This document shows, one piece after another, positions 53,416-61,946 of a stretch of DNA of 64,000 nucleotides. The notes beneath the pieces were generated by a model. The model was not told the DNA's origin. It ran no database searches and saw only the letters and a program-made list of their open reading frames with translations. The stretch lies in assembly GCA_965248575.1 (NCBI GenBank), contig CBDFJQ010000002.1, positions 1,344,001 through 1,408,000 on the forward strand. The letters are read 5' to 3'. Made by a program: the position numbers and the translations under genes. This DNA is from Planctomycetota bacterium. Its GTDB lineage: Bacteria; Planctomycetota; B15-G4. Each line of letters opens with the position of its first letter. Within the stretch, counting starts at the first letter, position 1.

Positions 53416-54669
53416 CTAGTGACTCATCAAATCGCGGTGGACGGCTTCCACCGCATCCAGCTGCTTCTCCAAGCTAAACATCTGAGAAGCCCGCATGCGC
53501 CCCGCCGCCCCCATTCGTTTGGCCAGAGCGGGGTTCAGCAGCAGGCGCCGCAGCCGGTCGGCCATGACCGCCGTCTGCAGGGGGTTCACCAGGAAGCCCG
53601 TCTCACCATCCACCACCACGTCCGAGGGACCGCCCCACATGGAGGCCACCACGGGCCGCCCGGCAGCCATGGCCTCCAGATTCACCAGGCCAAAGGACTC
53701 GAAGCAGAGCGAAGGGCTGACCACCACGGACGCCAGGGAGAAGGCCGCGGCCAGCTCGTCACCTGTCAACCAACCGGTGCGGACGAGCCGTTCGGCCCCC
53801 AGTCCATTGCGCTCGGCCAGGGCCAGCATCTCCTCGAAGAAGCCCGGCAAGGCATCGCCCACCAACAGCAGGACCAGATCGGGCACATCCTGCACCAGGG
53901 CGGCCAGGGACTCGACCAACTCGAGCCCTCCCTTGAGCCTGTCGATGCGCCCCCCATAGAGCACGCAGGGCTGGCCAGCGACACCTAGGCGCTCCGCCAG
54001 CTGGCGCGCTACATCAGCCTTTGGCACTGCAACCGCAGGGGGAGCGGCATTGAAGACCGTCGTGCAGGGCCCGATACCGCTCTGCGCCAGGGCAGCCCCC
54101 ATCTCGTCGCTTACGGCCAGCAAGCGATCCACATCCGACGCCAGCACCTTCTTGATGCGCCCATTGCGCAGCGGATTGAAGCGGCCGCGCACGCAAACGG
54201 CACACTTCAGGAGGCCATTCCGATAGGGAACGGGATCGCCCGGCTCGAGCCGCTCGTCCAGGTGACAGAACAGCTTCTGGTGGCACACGGGCATGATGTC
54301 ATGCACGTGCAGGATCGTCCTGCAACCCGCAGACCCTGCGGCTGCAAGGGCAGCGTAGCTCAGGTGGATGTGCAGGTTGTGCACGTGAACGATCTCTGGC
54401 CGCACCTCGGCCACCACGCGCTGCATGGCCGAGACGCCCCCGGGGTTGTCCAGGCTGCGCCAAGCCTTCCAACGGGGGTTGTAGGTCGGCGTGTACTCCA
54501 GGTGCACATCGACCCCGTTCTCGGTCCAGCGGCGAGCCTCAGCAGGCTTCTGGGTCGTAGCCAGGAAGGAGACCTCATGCCCCCGACTGGCCAGCCCCTC
54601 CGCCATGCGGACCGCGACCCCCGCAGCTGAGGAACGCCCATAGAGATCGTTCGCGACGAGCAGCTTCAT
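53416..54669 (-). CDS. Glycosyltransferase family 4
   Basis: HVHN, GRIDRLKG, ESFGLVNLEAMAAGRPVV, GETGFLV. Confidence 0.92.
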   Translation of the reverse strand: MKLLVANDLYGRSSAAGVAVRMAEGLASRGHEVSFLATTQKPAEARRWTENGVDVHLEYTPTYNPRWKAWRSLDNPGGVSAMQRVVAEVRPEIVHVHNLHIHLSYAALAAAGSAGCRTILHVHDIMPVCHQKLFCHLDERLEPGDPVPYRNGLLKCAVCVRGRFNPLRNGRIKKVLASDVDRLLAVSDEMGAALAQSGIGPCTTVFNAAPPAVAVPKADVARQLAERLGVAGQPCVLYGGRIDRLKGGLELVESLAALVQDVPDLVLLLVGDALPGFFEEMLALAERNGLGAERLVRTGWLTGDELAAAFSLASVVVSPSLCFESFGLVNLEAMAAGRPVVASMWGGPSDVVVDGETGFLVNPLQTAVMADRLRRLLLNPALAKRMGAAGRMRASQMFSLEKQLDAVEAVHRDLMSH

Positions 54670-54749
54670 CGCCGCTCGACGGGGCCCCGTCGCCCCGACC
54701 GTCGTTCAACCTGTCCTGCAAGCCGTCCTGCAACAACGACCACGTCAGC

Positions 54750-56204
54750 TCAGATCTCGGGGAAGTCGCTGGACACGGGAGCCTGGGTCTTGCCCAGCTT
54801 GAACGCACGGGCCACGCGCGCCTTGCCCTCGTCATCCCAGTTCTCGATGTAGTAACGAATCCGGGCCCAGTAGCGCTTCGCGCGCGAGGGGAAGGAGTCG
54901 TACCAGGCCTCATAGTCTTCCACGAGGCTGCGCTTGATGCGGTTCAGCTCATCGTTGCTGAAGTTCTCATGCATGTAGGGCGAGCGGTCCGAGTCCACGT
55001 ATTCGGTGCGCACGAGTTCCGGGTCGATGCGGTCCGCGTATTGCTCAAAGGAGGCAGTGGCCGTGAGCGGATTGAACAAGGACGTGCGCACACGGTCCGG
55101 CATCGCCGCCCGGATCCCGCGTGCCGTCTCTTCGATGTCCTCCATGGTCTCGCCGGGCGTCCCGACGATCAGGAAGACCTTCGACCAGATGCCTGCGCGA
55201 CGGGTCATCTTCAGGCACTCGACCACCTTCTCGGCCTTGTAGTCCTTGATCAGCGTGTCGAGGCTGCGCTGGCTCACGGATTCCACACCGAAGTACATCC
55301 GGTTGAAGCCGGCCTTCTTCATGGTGCGGGCCATGTCGTAGTCGATCATGTCCACGCGCGTCTCGCAGGACATGTTCAACTTCAGGCCACGCTTCATGAT
55401 CCCTTCGCAGAGGTCGTAGACGCGCTGCTTCTGGCAGGTGAACAGCTCGTCGATGAACAGCACGTTGCCCGGTTCGTAGGTGTCCGAGATCTCCTGCAGC
55501 TCGTCCAGGATGTTCTCGACCGAACGCGTGCGGAATCCACGGCCCGTCAACTCCTTCTGGCAGAACACACAGCGGAAGGGGCAGCCGCGACTGGTGAAGA
55601 TGTAGAACAGCTTCTCCTTGTTCATCGCGGAGTAGCGCGGGAAGGGAAGCATCTCCCAGGCCGGGAACGGGATGCGGTCCAGGTCCTTGATGAGCGGGGG
55701 CTGGGGGTTGGCGTGCCGCGTGCCGTCTGCCTTGTTGAAGGCGATACCGGGCACCGACTCCAGGGCATCGCGGCCCTGGTCGACACCGCGGGCGAAGTCG
55801 ACGATGGAATCCTCGGCCTCACCACCGATGACATAGTCGATAGCGCTGCCGGCATCCAGGAAGGTGTCCACGTCGACGGTGGCGTGCGGGCCGCCCATGA
55901 CGGTGATCACTTCGGGCCGCGCCTGCTTCGCCTTCTCGGCGTAGCGGATGGCACGGTTCACGTGCGGCGTGAGCGCTGACAAGCCCAGGATGTCTGCCTT
56001 GGAGATGTACTCATCCACCTCGGCGGCGGTGCAGACGCGCTCGTCGCAGCACTCCACGTCGCAACCCGCCTCACGCAGGATGGCGGACAGGTAGATGATG
56101 CCCAAGGGCATGGCGATGAAGAAGTCGTCCTGCCCCGGAGGGGTGACATACATCAGGATGATCTTCTTCTTGGTGACGGGGGCGCTAGGCGCGTTGTCGC
56201 TCAT
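54750..56204 (-). CDS. Cobalamin-binding radical SAM protein
   Basis: MPLGIIYLSA, MGGPHAT, GEAE, TSRGCPFRCVFC, FGVES, IVGTPGET. Confidence 0.92.
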   Translation of the reverse strand: MSDNAPSAPVTKKKIILMYVTPPGQDDFFIAMPLGIIYLSAILREAGCDVECCDERVCTAAEVDEYISKADILGLSALTPHVNRAIRYAEKAKQARPEVITVMGGPHATVDVDTFLDAGSAIDYVIGGEAEDSIVDFARGVDQGRDALESVPGIAFNKADGTRHANPQPPLIKDLDRIPFPAWEMLPFPRYSAMNKEKLFYIFTSRGCPFRCVFCQKELTGRGFRTRSVENILDELQEISDTYEPGNVLFIDELFTCQKQRVYDLCEGIMKRGLKLNMSCETRVDMIDYDMARTMKKAGFNRMYFGVESVSQRSLDTLIKDYKAEKVVECLKMTRRAGIWSKVFLIVGTPGETMEDIEETARGIRAAMPDRVRTSLFNPLTATASFEQYADRIDPELVRTEYVDSDRSPYMHENFSNDELNRIKRSLVEDYEAWYDSFPSRAKRYWARIRYYIENWDDEGKARVARAFKLGKTQAPVSSDFPEI

Positions 56205-56224
56205 CAATCTACCACTCGGTCAGT

Positions 56225-57673
56225 TCAGCCACGTCTGGGGACAGTCTGCTCTCGCGCCGGATCGTCAGGCGCCCCAGAGGCGTCTGCTGCACCGGCACTC
56301 CCCCCGGCCCTGGCCTTCATTCTGGCTGGAGCACGGCGAAAGTAGACGAATATGTATACCAGATGAAAAAGGACAACGACCTGGCCGAAGCCCGCCGCCG
56401 CTGCAGCTCCCTTCGGCCCCCAGGCCGTCGTAGCTAAAAAGATCCCAACGGTCATCAGGGTGGAATACAGCAGGTTCTGGATCACGCAATGCCGCATGCG
56501 GTTCGCGTAGATGTAGAACGGCTCCACGATCACGGCGAAGCCGGTGAACAGATAGCCGGAGGCCAGCAACAGGTAGATCTCGAAGGATCCTGCGTATCGG
56601 CTGCCGTATCCGTAGGTGATGACCAGCCAGACGAAGGGGATCGAGAGCAGCGTCGCCCCGATGGCCAAGCCGCCTGCCGTCAGCGAAAGGCGCCGCAGCA
56701 TGCCCCCCAGCTTGTCGATGGGAACATCCGACTGACCCATCTTCAGACCCAGGGTCGGCAAGATGTTCGTACCAATCGCTCCGATGGCCCCGCCCAGCAC
56801 CATGGTCAGCACGCTGCCCACCTTGTAGACCCCGTTGTCCTCCATGCCCTCCACCGCCATGGCGTTGGCCGCGGCCACGGCGGGGATGAAGATCATGCCG
56901 AGCCGGGGCACCACGGCGGCCATGGACTTGCCGAGGGCCAGGAGGAAGGAGAGGCCAAAAAAAGTGGAAAGGGGAGCCTTGGGAATGGCCCGCAGCACCT
57001 TCCGGAAGGGTGGCGGCGCCAGATTGGGGTGCAGCTTGCGAGCCCAGCGATAGACGAACAGCCCGGCCACGCCCGACAGGATTCCATGGGCCACGAAGGC
57101 CCAGGCCGCCGAGGTGGGTGTCGCACTCACCCACAGAGCCCCCGAGACGAGGCCCACACGCAAGATGTTCGTGGCCATGTCAAAGGTGGCGTAGGTCCGC
57201 ATCTGCCGCGTGCCGTTGAAGATCGCCAGCGTCAGGCTGCGCAGGATCTCCCCCACGACCGCCAGCGACAACACCGCCGCCACCGCACCCACGTCGCGGT
57301 CGTCCAGGAACCTCTCGGCGAGCGCCGGCGCCGCGAACCAGGCCAGGAGCAAGACCCCCACGGACATCAGGGCGCCCAGCTTCAGCAGCGCCGCCAGCGC
57401 TTGGATGCTTCCCCCCTCGTCACTCAGCCCCTTCGCCTTGCTGTAACGGGACACGGCGGCGTTGGTGAGACCGAGGTTCACCAGGAAGAACAAGAACATG
57501 TAGAGCTCGCGCGATGTGGTCCATCGGCCGAACTCGTATTCGGACAACATGCGCGTCGTGATCAGCGACGTCACGAGATAGGTCGCGCTCTGGACAAGGC
57601 TCGCGCCTTGCAAGACCAGCGTGTCACGTACGAACTTCTTCTGGCCGAAGGCCTTGATGCGATGACGGATCAC
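56225..57673 (-). CDS. Wzx-like polysaccharide flippase (MOP superfamily)
   Basis: About 12 hydrophobic segments; TRMLSEYEFG N-terminal pattern, YGSRY, WGPKGAAAA. Confidence 0.8.
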   Translation of the reverse strand: MIRHRIKAFGQKKFVRDTLVLQGASLVQSATYLVTSLITTRMLSEYEFGRWTTSRELYMFLFFLVNLGLTNAAVSRYSKAKGLSDEGGSIQALAALLKLGALMSVGVLLLAWFAAPALAERFLDDRDVGAVAAVLSLAVVGEILRSLTLAIFNGTRQMRTYATFDMATNILRVGLVSGALWVSATPTSAAWAFVAHGILSGVAGLFVYRWARKLHPNLAPPPFRKVLRAIPKAPLSTFFGLSFLLALGKSMAAVVPRLGMIFIPAVAAANAMAVEGMEDNGVYKVGSVLTMVLGGAIGAIGTNILPTLGLKMGQSDVPIDKLGGMLRRLSLTAGGLAIGATLLSIPFVWLVITYGYGSRYAGSFEIYLLLASGYLFTGFAVIVEPFYIYANRMRHCVIQNLLYSTLMTVGIFLATTAWGPKGAAAAAGFGQVVVLFHLVYIFVYFRRAPARMKARAGGSAGAADASGAPDDPAREQTVPRRG

Positions 57674-58902
57674 GAGCGGGCCCGCCTCCCGCGCACGGCG
57701 GCGAGTTCTGCGTAGATGTCCGCCACGCGGTTAGCAGCCCGCTCCCAGGTCTGGCCCTTGGCGCGCTCCAGGCCCGCGCGCCCCATGCTGCGTGCCCTCT
57801 CGTCGTTCTCCAGCAACAGACACAGGGCCTCGGCGAGTCCTGCCAGATCGTCGCGGCTGCGGAGGAAGCCGTTCTCCCCGTCGGTGATGGCGTCCTCGGC
57901 CCCGCTGTCCAGCACACCCACCACAGGCCGGCCGGCGGCGCCGGCCTCCAGGAACACGAGGCCGAAAGCTTCGAAGCCCCCTTCCTTGCTCGTCTGGGGA
58001 GTGAGCATGAAGGCCTGCGCTCCACGCATGAGGGCGACCTTGCGGCCCTCGGTCACATTCCCCAGGAAGTGCACATGCTCCTGGGCCCCCGCCGCCTCGA
58101 TCTGCGCCAGGAGGCCCTGGTAGTACGGGTCCTGCTCGGCGAAGCGCCCCACGATCACGAAGTGTGCCGACGGGCAACGCTCCCAGGCCTTGAGGAAGGC
58201 TGGCAGGGAGGTCTCATAGCCCTTGCGCTGCTTCACCTCGCCCACGCACAGGATGTACGGTTCGGGCACTTCGGGCGTCTCGCCGCGCGCGGCCAGCACG
58301 TCGTAATCGTCCGGCACGCAACCGTAGGGCACCACTTCCGCGTCGCCCGGGTCCACGACCCGCTCCACCTGGCGCAGGGCGAAGCGCGCACCCATCAGGA
58401 AGCGGTCGGCTCGCTTGTACATCCAGTTCAGGAGGTTCTGGTGAATGGGCATGGCGGCGGGAGTCACGGAGTAGGTGCCGTGACCGCTCACCACCACCGG
58501 GCGACCGGAGAGCACCCCGACGAGAACTGCCACGAAGCCCAGCGGGTAGTCGGACAGGCTGTGCACCACATCCGCGCGCCGCGCCGCGCGCACGAGCATG
58601 GGCAAGCTGCTGAACACCAACCACGCCAACTTGGGCAGGTTCAGGAAGGGGAAGTGGTTCATGGGCAACAGCGGATAGACCGTGACCCCCTTGCGCGGCA
58701 TGTCGCTGGCGAAGCCCCGGTGCCCACGCCCGATGTACAGCTCGAGACCGGAACAACGCGGAATCAGGTAGCGCAGGGTCGACACGCTGTAGCGCCCCAC
58801 GCCGTCCACCTCGGAAAGCGAATGGGTCAGCACCATGACCCGAGGCTTGGCTGCATCTCCGGTCCCGGTATCGACGTTGGTCTCGAGCTCTGGCTTGCTC
58901 AT
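57670..58902 (-). CDS. Glycosyltransferase family 4
   Basis: VGEVKQRKG, FEAFGLVFLEAGAAGRPVV, DGENGFL; ATG 58902. Confidence 0.92.
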   Translation of the reverse strand: MSKPELETNVDTGTGDAAKPRVMVLTHSLSEVDGVGRYSVSTLRYLIPRCSGLELYIGRGHRGFASDMPRKGVTVYPLLPMNHFPFLNLPKLAWLVFSSLPMLVRAARRADVVHSLSDYPLGFVAVLVGVLSGRPVVVSGHGTYSVTPAAMPIHQNLLNWMYKRADRFLMGARFALRQVERVVDPGDAEVVPYGCVPDDYDVLAARGETPEVPEPYILCVGEVKQRKGYETSLPAFLKAWERCPSAHFVIVGRFAEQDPYYQGLLAQIEAAGAQEHVHFLGNVTEGRKVALMRGAQAFMLTPQTSKEGGFEAFGLVFLEAGAAGRPVVGVLDSGAEDAITDGENGFLRSRDDLAGLAEALCLLLENDERARSMGRAGLERAKGQTWERAANRVADIYAELAAVRGRRARS

Positions 58903-60749
58903 CCGTCGCTCCCAGTCCCAGTGTCGAGTCGCCAGGCGCGGATCCAAGGACCCGGTCGCTCGTAGCTCCAGAGCTGCGTCAGGGCAAACTCCATGTCCGT
59001 CGGCAAGGCTGCTTCCCCGGGCGCCGACTGGCCCGTGGGCGAACGCTCGTACACGAGCGTGCCGTGCTGCGCCGTGAACTCGTCGATGGGCGCACGCGGC
59101 TCCGCCACGGGCGCACGGTCCACCCGCACGTAGACGTCAACACTCCACTCCTTCATCCAGGCGTCCAAAGACATCTCGATGGGCGGCTTCCCGAACAGGA
59201 AGTCCGTCGGGTAGTAGCTGATGTACCGCCAGTAGCGCTGGATAGGCAACAGGTGTCGTGCGTGCAGAGGCGCTGGCACTCCAGCCTCGGCTTCGGCCAC
59301 GGCGCGTTGCTCCTGTCGACCGAGCCAGACGGAGCCCGCCTGCGCATCCCCCACCGCGCGGCGCCCCTGATCTTCCAGCATGGCAACGAGTGTCTCGGCG
59401 CGCGGCGTCATGGGCGGACCGTATTGGGCACCGAGCCCATCAACGGCGGCGAGCTCTTCCGGACCGATGATTGCGAGCAACTCCTGGGACGCCAGCGAGC
59501 GTGTGTCCGTTCTCCCGAGCAAGGCGTCCAGACGAGCTGCCTGCACGATGGGGACCGCCAGCAATACGCAGGCCAGCACGCGCATGGCGCCTCCCCTGCG
59601 AGCCAGGGCCGTGAGCAGACGACCAGCACCCAGGGCCAGGAAGGGCACCGCCGTCATCATGTAGCGCACATGGCTGCCGTCGTAGACCAAGAACAGCGCG
59701 CAGGCCAGCAGGGCCGGAACGACCACCAGCAGCAGGCTCTCCCAGCGCGTCTGCCGACAGCGAGCCCAGAGCAGCAGACCCACCAGCCCGGCCAGCGCCA
59801 ACACCGGGTCGTAGCCCAACCACGAGCGCAGCACGGTTCCGAAGCGCGCGCCCCCCAGCAGCCCCAGACTGAAGGCTTGTCCGCCCAGGTCCAGCACCTC
59901 GTCCCCGCCTTCCGCCAGGAGCTGGCTCTGGTCCGTCTGGAAACCGGCCCCACTGTCTGCGCCGTGCACCCAGCTGAACGGATAGCCGAGCGAGAGCAGG
60001 ACCAGCCCCGCCGCCAGCACGCCGACAGCCAGCTGACCAAGCACCCGCACTCTCTTGCCCGGCTCCGCGCGCGCCGCGACACACAGCAGCCCCACACAGG
60101 GGACCGCCAGATAGAGCAGACCCACCTGGAAGCTCGCCCCGGCCAAGGCGCTGGCGCCGAAGGCGGCTAGCACATCCCGGACCCGACGCCGACGCTGCAG
60201 GCGCAGGGTCAACGCCAGACCCAAGGCCGCGAAACCCAGCATCGGCGCCCAGGGGCGAACGGTGTGTGCGAACTGGACCACCATCAGGGATGAGCCCGCC
60301 AGCAGCGCCGCAACGGCTGCTTCGGCCTTGCTGCGTCTCAGCTCCCGGGCCGCCCGATAGACCCCCCAGGGCAGCAGCAGAGCCAAGAGCGCCGAGAGCA
60401 CACGGCCGGGGAACCAGGCCAGCCCAGGGTCCTCGAAGATGGCTTCGGCGAAGGCGCCCGCCCCACCCCATTCGCCGCTCAGCTTGCCGACGGCAAAGCG
60501 CATCCCCAGAGCGCCGAGATTCAGATACGGCAAGAGGTAGGGATAGGTGGTGTAGACAGCGCCCTCGGGAACCAGCGCGCCCAGCCCGCCGCCGTCCGCT
60601 GCATCCCGGGCCATGCCCAACGCACAGCGCACCACCGTGTCGTCCGGCACATAGCGATGCGGCAAGCCATGGTCGAGCGACAAGCCCATCAAGACGGCCA
60701 CCAAGACCATCACGGCGCGCAGGGGATGGTCTCGCCCCATAAGCATCAC
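58899..60749 (-). CDS. GT-C fold membrane glycosyltransferase (ArnT/PMT-like)
   Basis: Multi-TM; first loop HGLPHRYVPDD, GRVLSA, RYM near the last TM; soluble C-terminal domain. Confidence 0.7.
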   Translation of the reverse strand: MMLMGRDHPLRAVMVLVAVLMGLSLDHGLPHRYVPDDTVVRCALGMARDAADGGGLGALVPEGAVYTTYPYLLPYLNLGALGMRFAVGKLSGEWGGAGAFAEAIFEDPGLAWFPGRVLSALLALLLPWGVYRAARELRRSKAEAAVAALLAGSSLMVVQFAHTVRPWAPMLGFAALGLALTLRLQRRRRVRDVLAAFGASALAGASFQVGLLYLAVPCVGLLCVAARAEPGKRVRVLGQLAVGVLAAGLVLLSLGYPFSWVHGADSGAGFQTDQSQLLAEGGDEVLDLGGQAFSLGLLGGARFGTVLRSWLGYDPVLALAGLVGLLLWARCRQTRWESLLLVVVPALLACALFLVYDGSHVRYMMTAVPFLALGAGRLLTALARRGGAMRVLACVLLAVPIVQAARLDALLGRTDTRSLASQELLAIIGPEELAAVDGLGAQYGPPMTPRAETLVAMLEDQGRRAVGDAQAGSVWLGRQEQRAVAEAEAGVPAPLHARHLLPIQRYWRYISYYPTDFLFGKPPIEMSLDAWMKEWSVDVYVRVDRAPVAEPRAPIDEFTAQHGTLVYERSPTGQSAPGEAALPTDMEFALTQLWSYERPGPWIRAWRLDTGTGSDG

Positions 60750-61946
60750 TCAGTGAGCCCCCACCACGAGCTTCTCGCGCAGGAAGTTGGCCACGAGCCG
60801 GCCGCGCTCGGCCCAGTCGTAGGGCAGCACATCCTGTTCGGCCTGCAGTGCCAAGCGGGTGCGCAAGGCCTCGTCCTGGATCAAGGCGTCCAAGCCCTCG
60901 GCCATGGCCGTGGGGTCGTCGGGCGCCACGAGGTAGGCGTTGGCATCGTGCTGCAGCACCTCCCGCAGGGAGGGCAGGTCGGTGCCGAGGATGGCCCGAC
61001 CGCTGGCCATGGCCTCGAACATCTTGAGCGGCGAGGTGTACTTGCGGCTGATGGTCTCGCGCGCGCTGTTGGGCAGGGCGATGACATCGCCGGCAGCTAG
61101 GTAGAAGGGCACGGCCTGATGCGGAACGCTGCCCGCGAGGATCACGCGCCCCGGCGCGTGTAGCGCTACCAGCTTCTCGATACGGGACAGGTTCGGCGCG
61201 TCGCCTCCGACCACCAGGAGTTGCGCCTGTGGCAGTTGGCCCATGGCCTGCACCAGGGTGTCCACTCCCTTCCACTCGTAGAGCTGGCCCGCATACACCA
61301 CGGTCGGGACATCGGCCCGCAGCGAGAGGTGCTGGCGTGCATCCTCGACACTGGGACGCGTGGCGAAGCGCGACAGGTGCACCCCGTCACGCGCCACGAG
61401 GATCCGGCTGGACTCAAGGCCCTCGCGCTCCAGGTCCTGCTTCAGGCCGTCGCTGATGACCACCACGGCCCGCAGCGATTTGAGTGCCGCCACCACTCGT
61501 CGTAGACGCCCTCCTGCTTCGGGCAGGTTGTGGATCTCCGCCGCCACCCGGGCACGATCCCCCGCCCGCAAACCACCCACCAGGATCTCCAAGGTGTAGT
61601 GATCGCGCACCAGGATGCCCGCGTCCCGCTCCACCGCCGCTCGCGCCAAGGCGCGCAACCCGAACGTGATGGACTGCATCAGGAAGGGCACGCGCTGGGC
61701 CGAGGGCTTCACCATGTCGATGGTGTCGATGTTGGCGATGCGACAGACCTCGAAGTTGCGCCGCACGCCGTAGTGCGCCCAAGGGTCCACGGCGCGGTAC
61801 GGGAAGCGGCGCGGCACCACCACATCCACCACCAGGCCCGTGTCCGCCAAGGCCTCGGCCATGGCCGCCACCTGGATGCCGTGCGCCCGCACGCCAGGGA
61901 AGCGCACGTTGACAATCAAGTCGAGACGGGTGAGGTCGCTGCTCAC
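60750..61946 (-). CDS. Glycosyltransferase family 4
   Basis: YAGQLYEWKGVD, YTSPLKMFEAMASG; GTG start at 61946 overlaps the upstream stop. Confidence 0.92.
   Translation of the reverse strand: MSSDLTRLDLIVNVRFPGVRAHGIQVAAMAEALADTGLVVDVVVPRRFPYRAVDPWAHYGVRRNFEVCRIANIDTIDMVKPSAQRVPFLMQSITFGLRALARAAVERDAGILVRDHYTLEILVGGLRAGDRARVAAEIHNLPEAGGRLRRVVAALKSLRAVVVISDGLKQDLEREGLESSRILVARDGVHLSRFATRPSVEDARQHLSLRADVPTVVYAGQLYEWKGVDTLVQAMGQLPQAQLLVVGGDAPNLSRIEKLVALHAPGRVILAGSVPHQAVPFYLAAGDVIALPNSARETISRKYTSPLKMFEAMASGRAILGTDLPSLREVLQHDANAYLVAPDDPTAMAEGLDALIQDEALRTRLALQAEQDVLPYDWAERGRLVANFLREKLVVGAH

Noticed and set aside
59440..61275. 611-aa Arg/Gly/Ala-rich minus-strand ORF overlapping the GT-C and GT4 genes
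   Set aside because: Alternative-frame artefact of GC-rich DNA; the real genes occupy other frames.
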